64,000 bases of DNA from Candidatus Aminicenantes bacterium (lineage in GTDB: Bacteria > Acidobacteriota > Aminicenantia > Aminicenantales > UBA8522), in NCBI GenBank assembly GCA_963764885.1, contig CAVXUH010000009.1, positions 331,850-395,849 on the forward strand, written 5' to 3'. The position numbers and the translations under genes are program-made. The notes beneath the pieces are model-generated. The model saw only the letters and a program-made list of their open reading frames with translations, was not told the DNA's origin and did no database searches. This document shows positions 22,381 to 32,597 of the stretch, piece after piece; position 1 is the first letter of the stretch, and each line of letters opens with the position of its first letter.

Positions 22381-25018
22381 GTGAGAGCCGCAACTTTCGG
22401 CCTGCTCGCCAGCCTGGCCTTGGCGCCCGGCCTGCCCGGAGTGCCCCGGGAAGCCGCGGACGTCCGGCCTCTTGTCCTCAAGCTCCAGACCGCGCTCCAG
22501 TCCCGGGATTTCGTGGCTTACCTGGAGGCTTTTTCGCCCGAGCTGCGCGCCGCCCAGAGGGATTCCCTGGACCTCTTTTTCGAACGCCTCAAGATGGAGA
22601 CCGTCGCCCTGCACCTGGCGAACACGGGGAAAATCGACCCGGAGGCGCCGGTGGCTTTTGTCCAAGCGGTCTTTCAAAATGCATACTCCGCCTTGATCGA
22701 GACCTGGCAGCTCGCTCTGGAGCCCGTCCCCGGCGGCTGGCGGATCAAAGCCAAGACCGTCCGGGGAAATCTCAGCCGGCTCTACAAGCTGAAGCTCCCC
22801 GCCGGACCGCCGGAACGGGTCGAAGCCGTCGAGATCCGGCACGTCGACGTCCGGCTGGTGTTCCGGGACGCGCTGGTCTTCTATGACAATATTCCCGGCC
22901 TCGACACGGCCCTACTGATCATCGGTGACGGCCGGCTGTTTTTTTCGCCGTCGGACCCCGGGGAGAGCCATCAGCTCTCCCTCCTCTACAAATCGCCGCG
23001 CCTGCAGGATTCCGTCTCGTATGCTTACATCCGGTGCTCGCCGTCGTTTTTCGGGAACAACATCGCCATCCAGAAAAGGCCCGGGCCGGCCGATGCGCCG
23101 GCGACCCCGGCGGAGACGGCCCTGGCGGCTTCGCTCTTCCAAGAAGCTGGCCTCGCACTATTTCACCATCCAGACGCCCCTGAGCGCCGAGCCCCTCTCG
23201 TTCCTCCCCCAGGGCGACGAGGCGTCCTTCGAGTTCGAGGGCCGGAAGACCGGAGAGATGTCCTACGTCTATTCGCCCTTCGCCGCCGAGGAGGTCGTTC
23301 TCTACAACCGGACCCGCGGCCGCTTCGTCAATTTCTACTCGCCCGCGCCGTCCACGGACGCGCGCCGGCTGTTCGTCTCCTTCGGGCAGAAATCCCGCGT
23401 CGAGCGTTACGAGATCGAAGTGGCGTTCGAGCCCGCGGACTTCCGTCTGTCGGCTCGGGCCAGGATCGCGGTCCGGTCCAATGTCGACGGCCTGGACGCC
23501 GTCAGCCTGAAGTTCAACCCGGCCCTGGAGATCGTGCGCGTCACGGACGGGGAGCAGCGGGAGCTGCTCTTCACCCAGGACACGGGCGGCCATCTGCTCT
23601 ATGTCTATTTGCTGGAGCCGGTGGAGGCCCGCCGGACAGCGACGATCGAGGTCTTCTACCGGGGCCGGCTGGTGCCGCCCCCCCAAGCCAACGACGCCGT
23701 CACGGCCGGTCAGCAGTCGGATACGGTCATTCTTTTCGGTCCCCGTTATGAGACCTATTTCTACAGCCAGGCCGCCTACTGGTATCCGGCGCCGCCCGAG
23801 GAGAACTTCTTCACGGCCCGGATGACCTTCATCGTTCCGCCGGGCTTTAGCGTCATCGCCAACGGCCGCCGGATCGAGGAGGGGACGCTGAACGGGATCC
23901 AGAAGGTGACCGAGCTCGACAAAGCCGGCAGCCATTACTCGGTCTATGAGATCGGCACGCCCGTGAAGTATCTCTCCTTCCTCGTCGGCCGGCTCAGCCT
24001 GACGGAGGAGCGGGCCGGCCGCCTGCCGCTGTCATGCTATGTGGCTTCCGACGTCCGCTGGCTCAGACGGGAGTTCCTGGATGACACCCAGAAGATCCTG
24101 GTATTTTACCAGGGCCTGTTCGGTCCTTACCCGTTCGAAAACCTGCGGATCGTCCAGCGTCTCTGGTCGAGCGCCGGCGGTCACAGCCCCGCTTCGTTCC
24201 TGGTCGTGAACGAGCTGCCGCGCCGGACGGATGCCACGGGCGCGATCGTCCCCCTCGTCGCCAGCCCCAACAGCCCGGTGGACCTGTCTCACTGGAAGGA
24301 GTATTTTCTGGCGCACGAGCTCGCCCACCAGTGGTGGGGTCAGGGCGTGACCGGGGCCACCTATCGGGACCAGTGGCTGAGCGAGGGCCTGGCCCAATTC
24401 GCGGCGGCGCTGTATCTTCGCGCCGAGTACGGCGAAGAGGCCTTCGCCGGCATCTTGAAGAAGTTCTCGAAGTGGACCGGCAAGAAATCCGGCCGGGGCG
24501 CCATCACGCTGGGCTCCCGGCTGAGCTATGTCGATTTCGAAGCCTACCAGGCCATCATCTACGACAAATCGGCGCTCGTCCTGAATATGCTCCGGGACTT
24601 GATGGGCGACGAGCCGTTCTTCACCGGCCTCCGGGATTTCTTCGCCAAGTATCGGCGCGGCGCCGCGAGCACCGGCCAGTTCCGGGCGGCCATGGAGGCC
24701 GCCGCCGGTCGCAGCCTGGCGGGTTTCTTCGATCCATGGTTTAACTCCCACGAGCTGGCCGAGGTCCGCGTCGGCCGGTGGGTGGAGCGGAGGAGGGGGG
24801 CGACCGTTCTCAGGGTCCGCGTCGACCAGCCCGGCCGGCTGTTCCTCTTCCCTCTCTGGATCTCCTGGAAAGGCGCGGGCGGAGAGATCCGGCGAGAGAA
24901 GGTCCTGGTCGAGCAGAAAGCCCAGGAGTTCGAGTTCCGGGCGCCGGCCGGTGTCCGCGAGGTCGTCGTCAACCCGGAACGGGCGGTGCCCGGCCGGTTT
25001 CAGTCCGGGAAGGGCTGA
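22381..25018 (+). CDS. M1 family zinc aminopeptidase (aminopeptidase N-like) with signal peptide, one apparent frameshift near 23140-23160
   Basis: HELAHQWWG ... WLSEGLAQF (HEXXH-18-E); N-terminal part in ORF 22351..23751, rest in 22925..25018; probable GTG start 22381 (VRAATFGLLASLALAPG signal). Confidence 0.7.
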
Positions 25019-25025
25019 AGGCCAC

Positions 25026-26414
25026 TCACTCCGACCCTTCCGTCCCGATCTCCAGGCGCTTGAGGATCTCGTTGAGCGTGGTCGGCTTCAACCCGAGCGA
25101 TTGGGCGGCGTTCTTCTGGACACCCTTGGCGCGCCGCAGCGCGTCGAGGATGATCTTCTTCTGGAAGGCGCGCGTCTGGTCCTTGAATGTCTGGAGCTGG
25201 CCGGAGCGGGCTGCCTTGTCCGGGGACCCGGCGAGCCCGCCCAGAACGGCGGGGGGGAGGGCGCCCCGGGTGATGAGCTTGGACTTGGTCAGGACGACGG
25301 CCCGCTCGATCACGTTTTCGAGCTCCCTCACGTTGCCCGGCCAGTCATGGTTCTCCAGGATCTCCATGACGTCCTCGCTCACCCCCTCGATCTCCTTGCT
25401 GTTCTCCCGGCTGTAGACATCGATGAAGTGACGCACGAGCGCCGGGATGTCCTCGGTCCGCTCGCGCAGCCGCGGCAGCTCGATCTTGATGACGTTCAGG
25501 CGGTAGAAGAGGTCCTGCCGGAAGGCCTTCCGCTCGATCAGCTCCTCGAGGTCGACGTTCGTGGCGGCGATGATCCGGGCATCCACCCGGAGCGTCCGGG
25601 TGCCGCCCAGGCGCATGAACTCCTTGTCCTGCATCACCCGGAGGAGCTTGGCCTGGGTCTCCAGGCTGAGCGTCGAGATCTCGTCGAAGAAGATGCTTCC
25701 CCGGTCGGCCGCTTCGAACAGGCCCCGCTTTTCGCTGACCGCGCCCGTGAAGGCGCCGCGGACGTGCCCGAAGAGATGACTCTCCAGGAGGTCGGGCGGC
25801 AGCGAGCCGCTGTTGACGATGACGAAGGTGAAGTTCTTCCGGTCGCTGTTCTGGTGGATGGCCCGGGCCACCAGCTCCTTTCCGGTTCCGCTCTCCCCTT
25901 GGATGAGGATGGTGCTCCGCGTCGGGGCGGTGGCCTTGATCAGGTCGAAGACCCGGCTCATCGGCAGGCTCCGGCCGATGATGTTGTCGAAACCGAACTT
26001 GCGCGTCAGCTCGTCCTTGAGCCGGATGTTCTCGTCCCGGAGGCTCTTGTGAGCGATGGCCCGCTCGATGGTCAGGAGCAGCTCTTCGTGCTTGAACGGC
26101 TTCTGGACGTAATCGTAGGCCCCGAGCTTCATGGCCGAGATGGCCGACTCCACCGAGGCGTAGGCGGTGATGATGATGATGACGGCCAGCGGGTCGATCT
26201 TCTTGATCGACTTGAGGACCCCGATCCCGTCCAGGCCGGGCATCAGCAGGTCGAGCAGGACGACGTCCCAGGCGCCGGCCGCGTATTTCTCCAGGGCTTC
26301 CTCGCCGGACGAGGAGAGCGTTACCTCGTAGCCCTCCGAGGTGAGCAGCTGGCCCAGGACGTCGCGGATAACGGGCTCGTCGTCGATGACATGGATCGTG
26401 CGCAGTTCGGCCAT
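25026..26414 (-). CDS. sigma54-dependent response regulator (NtrC/PilR family: REC + AAA+ + Fis-type HTH)
   Basis: 462 aa; REC D-box VVLLDLLMPGLDG, Walker A GESGTGKE, GAFTGA sigma54-contact motif, C-terminal HTH. Confidence 0.85.
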   Translation of the reverse strand: MAELRTIHVIDDEPVIRDVLGQLLTSEGYEVTLSSSGEEALEKYAAGAWDVVLLDLLMPGLDGIGVLKSIKKIDPLAVIIIITAYASVESAISAMKLGAYDYVQKPFKHEELLLTIERAIAHKSLRDENIRLKDELTRKFGFDNIIGRSLPMSRVFDLIKATAPTRSTILIQGESGTGKELVARAIHQNSDRKNFTFVIVNSGSLPPDLLESHLFGHVRGAFTGAVSEKRGLFEAADRGSIFFDEISTLSLETQAKLLRVMQDKEFMRLGGTRTLRVDARIIAATNVDLEELIERKAFRQDLFYRLNVIKIELPRLRERTEDIPALVRHFIDVYSRENSKEIEGVSEDVMEILENHDWPGNVRELENVIERAVVLTKSKLITRGALPPAVLGGLAGSPDKAARSGQLQTFKDQTRAFQKKIILDALRRAKGVQKNAAQSLGLKPTTLNEILKRLEIGTEGSE

Positions 26415-26416
26415 GG

Positions 26417-29275
26417 TCAGCTCCGCCCCGAGGTGGATTTGCCGCCGAGCTCTTTGCGGTCGAGGTCGGCGGGTATTCGGATCGAGAAATGGGTCCCCCG
26501 GCCGGCCTCGCTGCTGACCGAGATATGCCCTCCGTGCTCCTTGATGATCGCGTAGGAGATGGACAGCCCGAGGCCGGTGCCCTTGCCGATGCCCTTGGTC
26601 GTGAAGAACGGGTCGAAGATGCGGGGCAGATGCTGGGGCTTGATCCCCGCGCCCGTGTCGGAGATCCTGACGACGACGTCCCTGTCGTCGGCCGTCGCGT
26701 CGATGCCGAGCGTCCCGCCGCCGGGCATGGCGTCGAGGGCGTTGAGGATGATGTTGATGAATACCTGCTGCAGCCGCTCGCCCTGGGCCCAGATGGGCTT
26801 GACCGGCGCGGCCGTCATCTCCAGCTGGATGTTCATGGCCTTGAGCTTGTAGTCGATGAGCGAGATGATCTCCTGGAGGTTCTCCACGACATTCACCTTG
26901 TGGAAGGCCGACTCGGAGGGGTTGCGGGCGAAGTTGAGGAGGTTCTTGACGATCCGCGACACCCTGTCCGTCTGGACCTCGATCTTTCCCAGGATCTGGG
27001 AGTAGTGCCGGTCCGTGAGGTTCTTCTGGAGCATCTGGACATAGCTCGAGATGCCGGTCAACGGTGTGTTGATCTCGTGGGCGACGCCCGCCGACAGGAG
27101 CCCGATCGAGGCCAGCTTCTCCGAAGTCACGAGCTGGTGCTGGAGCTGGATCTTTTCGGTGATGTCCTCGAAGACGATGATCGTTCCGTAGGGGACCATG
27201 GAATTGTCGAACAGGGGCGTCTTGGCGATGTCGAAGATCCGCTTGGCGCCGCTCCTCATCTCGAGCGAGATCTCGCTCAGGAGCCGGAAGTCCGACTGGC
27301 TGTCGGTCGGGAAGAGCGCCTGGACGTTGTCCGGACCGAGGATGAGCTGGAGGCTCTGGCCCAGGGCCTCCTGCTTCTTCAGGCTGAAGGCCCTTTCCAG
27401 GACCCGGTTCCAGCCGATGACCCGTCCGTTCTCGTCGACGACCGCGACGCCGACCGTCAGGCTCTCGATGATGTTCTCGCTGTAATCCTTGAGCCGCTCG
27501 AGCTCCAGGGCCCGCAGCCGCGCCTGGTTGTAGAGCGAGGCGTTCTCGATGGCCAGAGCGACCGATGACGATATGGTCGTCAGCAGCTCCCAGTCCTCGC
27601 TGTTCAGGTAAGAGTTGTCGGTCTTCCGGCCCATGGCCAGGCAGCCGATCAGCTTCTTCTCCACGCGCAGGGGCAGGAAGTGGGCGAGGCCCATCACGGC
27701 CAGGACCTCCGCCCCGGGCAGGTGTTCCCGTCGATCGGCCTGGCTCTCGAACGAGATGTACTCGTTTTCCGCCAGGCTGTTGAAGAAGGAGGGTTCGAGG
27801 TCGAGGCGGGCGGCGAGGGAGGGAAGGTTGCCCTTGGAGCTGGCCACGGCCAGCGCCCGGCCGTCGTCGGTCTCGGGCAGGAACAGCACCAGATTCTCGA
27901 GGGAGAGGGCGTTGGCGATCAGGTCCAGCAGGGACCCGGAGAGCTTATCCAGGTTCCTTTCCCTATTGAGCTCTTTGGTGATGGTCACGAGGGTTTTCCG
28001 GTAGCGGTAAGCGCGCCTGTAGAAAACCCGGTCGAGGAGTGAGGCGAAGAGCTTTTTGAGCGGGGTGAAGAGCGTCGCGCCCAGGATCATCGCCAGCAGC
28101 CCGAGGATCAGGACATTCAGCCTGTTCCCGGAGGACATCTGGGTCCCGGAGCTGAGGGCGACATACACGCAGGCGAGGACGAAATAGGAGAAGGCGAGCG
28201 TCGCCGCTTTCTTGAGCAGGACCTCGAAGTCCATGAGCTTGTACCTGGACACGGCGTAGGCGAGTGTCAATGGGATGAGGGCCTGGAGCAGGACGGTCAG
28301 CTCGGCGAACCGCGAGGGGATCTGGCCCAGAAAGTACGGCACGGCGTAGAAAGCGGCGAACGGGGCCAGTCCCATCCCCAGGCCGGTCAGGATCCAGCCG
28401 AGCTGTTTCCTGACCAGCTGGCTCGGCGGGACCCGGAGCCCGAAAAAGATGACGGCCAGGGCGGCCAGCACGCAGAGTGCCAGCTGCAATACCTCCAGCC
28501 GCTCAAGGGAGCTGTAAGCCGAAAAAACCAGGGCGTTGTCCCACCGCCGGGCGAATGGCAGGTGGAGGGCCAAGTTCGCAAGCAGGAGCAGGACGCCCGG
28601 CGCATAGATGAGATAGACAAGGGTCGGCTTATGTTTGATGAACCTCTTCCGCTGGGGGAAGATCAGGAAGAAATGGACCAGGAGGGGCGGGAAAAAGATC
28701 AGCGCGGCCTTGCCCAGCCAGGAGAACAGACTGTCCAGGGCGTCGAACTCGCCCGTGGCTGAAAACACGTAGAGGGAATAGAGGGAGCCGCAGAGGAGAT
28801 AATAATAAAGGTAGGGAAGGGAGAAGGTTTTTTTGGAGTTGAAGAAGACCACGACGGCGATCGCCAGGGTGGTGAAACCGATCAGGGCCAGATAAAAATA
28901 GAGAAGCGGCGAGCCCCTCTGCGCCAGGAAGAAAGGCGGGAAGAGGAGCTCGCCCGCCCGGCTGATCTGGTACCTGACCTTCTGGCTCGTGGCGCCCGCG
29001 ATCCAGAGGCTCTTGGCGATATCGATCTTGCCCGTCACGGGCAGGTCGTTGATCGAGAGGAGAACGTCGCCTTTCTTGATGCCCGCCAGGTAGGCGGGGC
29101 CGTTGAGCTCGACCTTGAGGGCGGTCAGACGGCCGCCCCTCTCGCCCCAGGTCACACCGTCCGTCGGCTCACGCCAGACGATCTTCCTGTAGACGTTCAC
29201 CCCGCCCAGGGCGACGGCCAACCCGATTACGATGAGGACGATGAGGGTCCGTCTCTTCTTCACGGCCGAATCCAA
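26417..29275 (-). CDS. multidomain sensor histidine kinase: N-terminal TM + PDZ domain, polytopic membrane region, GAF/PAS-like domains, HisKA + HATPase
   Basis: 952 aa; PDZ-like LNGPAYLAGIKKGDVLLSINDLPV; H-box LASIGLLSAGVAHEINTPL; G-boxes DTGAGI and GKGTGLGLS; stop overlaps regulator start. Confidence 0.8.
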   Translation of the reverse strand: MDSAVKKRRTLIVLIVIGLAVALGGVNVYRKIVWREPTDGVTWGERGGRLTALKVELNGPAYLAGIKKGDVLLSINDLPVTGKIDIAKSLWIAGATSQKVRYQISRAGELLFPPFFLAQRGSPLLYFYLALIGFTTLAIAVVVFFNSKKTFSLPYLYYYLLCGSLYSLYVFSATGEFDALDSLFSWLGKAALIFFPPLLVHFFLIFPQRKRFIKHKPTLVYLIYAPGVLLLLANLALHLPFARRWDNALVFSAYSSLERLEVLQLALCVLAALAVIFFGLRVPPSQLVRKQLGWILTGLGMGLAPFAAFYAVPYFLGQIPSRFAELTVLLQALIPLTLAYAVSRYKLMDFEVLLKKAATLAFSYFVLACVYVALSSGTQMSSGNRLNVLILGLLAMILGATLFTPLKKLFASLLDRVFYRRAYRYRKTLVTITKELNRERNLDKLSGSLLDLIANALSLENLVLFLPETDDGRALAVASSKGNLPSLAARLDLEPSFFNSLAENEYISFESQADRREHLPGAEVLAVMGLAHFLPLRVEKKLIGCLAMGRKTDNSYLNSEDWELLTTISSSVALAIENASLYNQARLRALELERLKDYSENIIESLTVGVAVVDENGRVIGWNRVLERAFSLKKQEALGQSLQLILGPDNVQALFPTDSQSDFRLLSEISLEMRSGAKRIFDIAKTPLFDNSMVPYGTIIVFEDITEKIQLQHQLVTSEKLASIGLLSAGVAHEINTPLTGISSYVQMLQKNLTDRHYSQILGKIEVQTDRVSRIVKNLLNFARNPSESAFHKVNVVENLQEIISLIDYKLKAMNIQLEMTAAPVKPIWAQGERLQQVFINIILNALDAMPGGGTLGIDATADDRDVVVRISDTGAGIKPQHLPRIFDPFFTTKGIGKGTGLGLSISYAIIKEHGGHISVSSEAGRGTHFSIRIPADLDRKELGGKSTSGRS

Positions 29276-29314
29276 AAAATTGAATCACGCGGCGAAAATT
29301 TTTTTCCCGCCATC

Positions 29315-29614
29315 TCAGTCCAGGATGTGTCTTATCCCGGTTCGGCAGGCCCATTTTATGCCGGGCTCCCGGAGGAGCTTCTTCAGGGCCTGGTCCTCCT
29401 TCAACCCCAGCGGCTTGGTATCTCGGGAGAAGAATGAGCTCATATAATCCTTGGGCTTTCTGGCCTGGAACTCCTGGGGGTCGGGAACGGCCTCGACGGG
29501 CGGATTGGCCTCCGGCGCGGGCTGGGGCTTATCCTGGGTCTGCGGGGAAACAGGGATCAGGGAGAGAGCGCCGATCAGGATCCCCGCTCCCAGCCGTCTT
29601 TTCATCGAATTCAA
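29315..29614 (-). CDS. small secreted hypothetical protein (signal peptide, Pro-rich)
   Basis: 99 aa; MNSMKRRLGAGILIGALSLIPVSP...; first gene of the minus-strand unit with the kinase and regulator; not pilin-like. Confidence 0.35.
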   Translation of the reverse strand: MNSMKRRLGAGILIGALSLIPVSPQTQDKPQPAPEANPPVEAVPDPQEFQARKPKDYMSSFFSRDTKPLGLKEDQALKKLLREPGIKWACRTGIRHILD

Positions 29615-29760
29615 AATAGTTCTTTAAGGGGTTTTTGTCAAATTCGGCGGCCAAATCCCGGTTTTGGGGGCCCCAGGAGCTCATTTGACAAAACAGGGGG
29701 GATAACCTAAGATTTAGCCTTAACGTATCGTTTTGCTCCAACTACAGATATATTATAGCG
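29615..29760. promoter_or_regulatory. divergent promoter region: minus-strand TTGACA-17-TATTTT immediately before the 29614 ATG (leaderless geometry) and plus-strand TTGACA-17-TAAGAT for the pil operon; the two -35 boxes form an 11-bp inverted repeat TTTTGTCAAAT / ATTTGACAAAA
   Basis: Read directly: ttttgtcaaattcgg ... ctcatttgacaaaacaggggggataacctaagat. Confidence 0.4.
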
Positions 29761-30969
29761 ATGCCATACTTTCTATGCCATATGGCCAATGATGATGGTG
29801 CCTACCTGACGCGCTCTTTTCTGGCTTCTACAGCCGAAGACTGCCGAAAACACTTCGAGTCCGAGGGACTCTGCGTCCTTTCCGTGAAAAAAGACTGGAA
29901 AAAGCTCTCCCTGCCGGGCCTGCCGTTCGAGAAAAAGATCAAAGACAAAGATTTTATCATGTTCAACCAGGAGCTGATGGCCCTCCTCAAGGCCGGCTAC
30001 CCGATCCTCAAGAGCCTGGATCTGATCATCAGCCGGACGAAGAATGTCCATCTCAAGGAGATGCTGCTCAAGGTCGATGGCGACATCCGGTCGGGGAAGG
30101 CCCTGTCCGAGGCCTTTGCGCCGTTCGAGAAGAACTTCAACAAGGTCTATACGGCCTCGCTCATGGCCGGCGAACAGAGCGGCAACCTGCCGGGGACGAT
30201 CGGCCGCTATATCGACTATGCCCGGGTCATCTCCCAGACGAAATCGAAGATCCGGTCCGCCCTGATCTACCCGACCCTCCTCTTGACGCTTTCCTTGGTG
30301 CTCATGGCGGTCATCATGAATTTCGTCCTGCCTCGATTCCTGAGCTTCTACCAGGATTTCGAGGCCCAGCTGCCCGCCATCACCAGGCTGCTCATGGGAT
30401 TTTCCGAGGTGCTTCGGCGGGCGATGCCGTTCCTGATCCTCCTGGGCGTGGCGGGCCTGCTCGTGCTCTTCCGGCTGCGGAAAAACGAAAAGGTCATCGT
30501 GGGCATCGACCGTCTGAAGCTCCGCATCCCTTACGCCAAGGGGCTCCTGCAGGAAACGGGGGTGTCTCTCTTCAGCCGGACGCTCGGCCTGCTGCTCGAG
30601 GCCGGCATCACCCTTCTTCCGTCCCTGCCCATCGCCTCCCAGGCCATCCCCAACAAGTACTTCGGGAAACGGATGGAACATCTTCCGGAGGACATCAGGA
30701 ACGGGGGGACGCTCTCCGATTCCCTGACCAAGGCGGGCTTTTTCCCGATGCTGGCCGTGGACATGGTGCGCATCGGCGAGACCTCGGCCAACCTGCACGG
30801 CATGCTCAGGGAGATCGCCGACGTCTATGACCAGCGGACCCAGGCCAAGATCGACACCTTCGTCTCGCTTATCGAGCCGGTGGTCATCATCTTCATGGGC
30901 ATGATGGTCGCCGGCATGCTCCTGGCCATCTACCTCCCGATTTTCAACATCATCAAGATGACGAGATAA
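29761..30969 (+). CDS. pilC: type IV pilus assembly inner-membrane platform protein PilC (GspF family)
   Basis: 402 aa; two GspF repeats, N-terminal F-Y-A-D-G-like cytoplasmic domain, three TM segments. Confidence 0.8.
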   Translation: MPYFLCHMANDDGAYLTRSFLASTAEDCRKHFESEGLCVLSVKKDWKKLSLPGLPFEKKIKDKDFIMFNQELMALLKAGYPILKSLDLIISRTKNVHLKEMLLKVDGDIRSGKALSEAFAPFEKNFNKVYTASLMAGEQSGNLPGTIGRYIDYARVISQTKSKIRSALIYPTLLLTLSLVLMAVIMNFVLPRFLSFYQDFEAQLPAITRLLMGFSEVLRRAMPFLILLGVAGLLVLFRLRKNEKVIVGIDRLKLRIPYAKGLLQETGVSLFSRTLGLLLEAGITLLPSLPIASQAIPNKYFGKRMEHLPEDIRNGGTLSDSLTKAGFFPMLAVDMVRIGETSANLHGMLREIADVYDQRTQAKIDTFVSLIEPVVIIFMGMMVAGMLLAIYLPIFNIIKMTR

Positions 30970-30971
30970 CC

Positions 30972-32582
30972 ATGAATAAAGCCGAAGCCCAGAAAATGAT
31001 CCAGCAGGAGGAGGCCGAGTCCAGGAAGCTCGCCGAGCGGTATCACGTGCCCTACATCGACCTCTCGACCCGCCTGCTGAACCGGGAGCTCGTTCAGTCG
31101 TTTCCCCCGGAATTCCTGTACCGCGCCAATTTCATCCCCCTCGAAGCGAACGAAACCCACGTCAAGATCGCCATCGCCGACCCCTCGGATATCGGCGCGA
31201 TCGACTCCATCGAGTCTTTCCTGGGGAAAAAGGTCCAGGTCTACGCCGCCTCCAAGCGGGCCATCCAGGAAGCCCTCCGCAAGAGCGAGACCGCGCTCCA
31301 GGTCCTGAAGGACGCCACCGAAGGCTTCATCGTCCAGGTCGTCGAGAAAGACGGCGGCGAGGAAGAGGAGGTCATCTCCCTGGAGAAGCTGGCCGACCAG
31401 GACGGGTCGATCATCAAGCTCGTCAACACCATCATCTTCACCGCCGTCCAGAAGCGGGGGAGCGACGTCCATGTGGAGTCGCGCGAGGACGGGGTCAAGG
31501 TCAAGTACCGGATCGACGGCGTCCTCAGCGAGGCCATGGAGCCGATCGACAAGAAGTTCCAGTCCGCCATCATCTCGCGCATCAAGGTCATGTCCGACCT
31601 GGACATCTCGGAACGCCGCGTCCCCCAGGATGGCCGGTTCCGGCTCAAGATCAAGGACAAGACCATCGATTTCCGCGTCTCCATCATGCCCAGCATCTAC
31701 GGCGAGGACGCCGTCATCCGCATCCTGGACAAGGAGATGATCACCGAGGCCATCGCCGACCTCAAGCTCGACCTGTTGGGCTTCTCCGATGAGATGCTGA
31801 AAAAATTCCGCAAGTACATCTCCCAGCCCTACGGCATGGTGCTCGTCACCGGGCCGACGGGCAGCGGCAAGACGACGACGCTGTATGCCGCGCTGACGGA
31901 GATCAAATCGATCGAGGACAAGATCGTGACGATCGAGGACCCGGTGGAATACCAGGTCAGCGGCATCACCCAGATCCCCGTGAACGAGAAGAAGGGACTC
32001 ACCTTCGCCCGCGGCCTGCGGTCGATCCTCCGGCACGACCCCGACAAGATCATGGTCGGCGAGATCCGCGACCCGGAAACCGCCCAGATCGCCATCCAGT
32101 CCGCCCTGACCGGTCACCTGGTCTTCACCACCGTCCACGCCAATAACGTCTTCGACGTCATCGGCCGGTTCATCCACATGCAGGTCGACCCGTACAGCTT
32201 TGTTTCGGCCTTGAACTGCGTCCTGGCGCAGCGCCTGGTGCGCGTCCTCTGCCCGAAGTGCAAGGGCTCGGTCCACTATACCGACGAGCAGCTCATCGAA
32301 TCCGGGCTCGACCCGGAGAAGTACAGGGACGGGGAGTTCTTCGAGGCCCGCGGCTGCGCCAACTGCAATTTTACAGGCTACCAGGGCCGGACGGCCATCG
32401 CCGAGCTGCTGGAGCTCTCGGACCCCATCCGCGAGTTGATCCTGGTCCGCAAGCCGCTCTCCGAGGTCAAGAAACAGGCGAAAGAAGAGGGCATGGTCTT
32501 CATCCGGCAAGTCGGCCTGGACAAGGTTTTGCGCGGGGTGACCAGTCTCAAAGATCTGAACAAGGTCACTTTCGTCGAATAG
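30972..32582 (+). CDS. pilB: type IV pilus assembly ATPase PilB (GspE family)
   Basis: 536 aa; Walker A GPTGSGKTT, Asp box, His box, tetracysteine CPKC...CANC zinc motif. Confidence 0.85.
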   Translation: MNKAEAQKMIQQEEAESRKLAERYHVPYIDLSTRLLNRELVQSFPPEFLYRANFIPLEANETHVKIAIADPSDIGAIDSIESFLGKKVQVYAASKRAIQEALRKSETALQVLKDATEGFIVQVVEKDGGEEEEVISLEKLADQDGSIIKLVNTIIFTAVQKRGSDVHVESREDGVKVKYRIDGVLSEAMEPIDKKFQSAIISRIKVMSDLDISERRVPQDGRFRLKIKDKTIDFRVSIMPSIYGEDAVIRILDKEMITEAIADLKLDLLGFSDEMLKKFRKYISQPYGMVLVTGPTGSGKTTTLYAALTEIKSIEDKIVTIEDPVEYQVSGITQIPVNEKKGLTFARGLRSILRHDPDKIMVGEIRDPETAQIAIQSALTGHLVFTTVHANNVFDVIGRFIHMQVDPYSFVSALNCVLAQRLVRVLCPKCKGSVHYTDEQLIESGLDPEKYRDGEFFEARGCANCNFTGYQGRTAIAELLELSDPIRELILVRKPLSEVKKQAKEEGMVFIRQVGLDKVLRGVTSLKDLNKVTFVE

Positions 32583-32597
32583 AGGGAAGAGAGGGAT

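Noticed and set aside
11293-29760. Recurring TTGACAAA / TTTGTCAA octamer at several intergenic sites as a transcription-factor motif
   Set aside because: Each instance sits exactly where a -35 hexamer is expected (17-18 nt upstream of a -10-like box), so it is best explained as the sigma70 -35 consensus with an A-rich flank, not a separate regulator site. The symmetric cases at 21224 and 29640-29700 are kept as findings.
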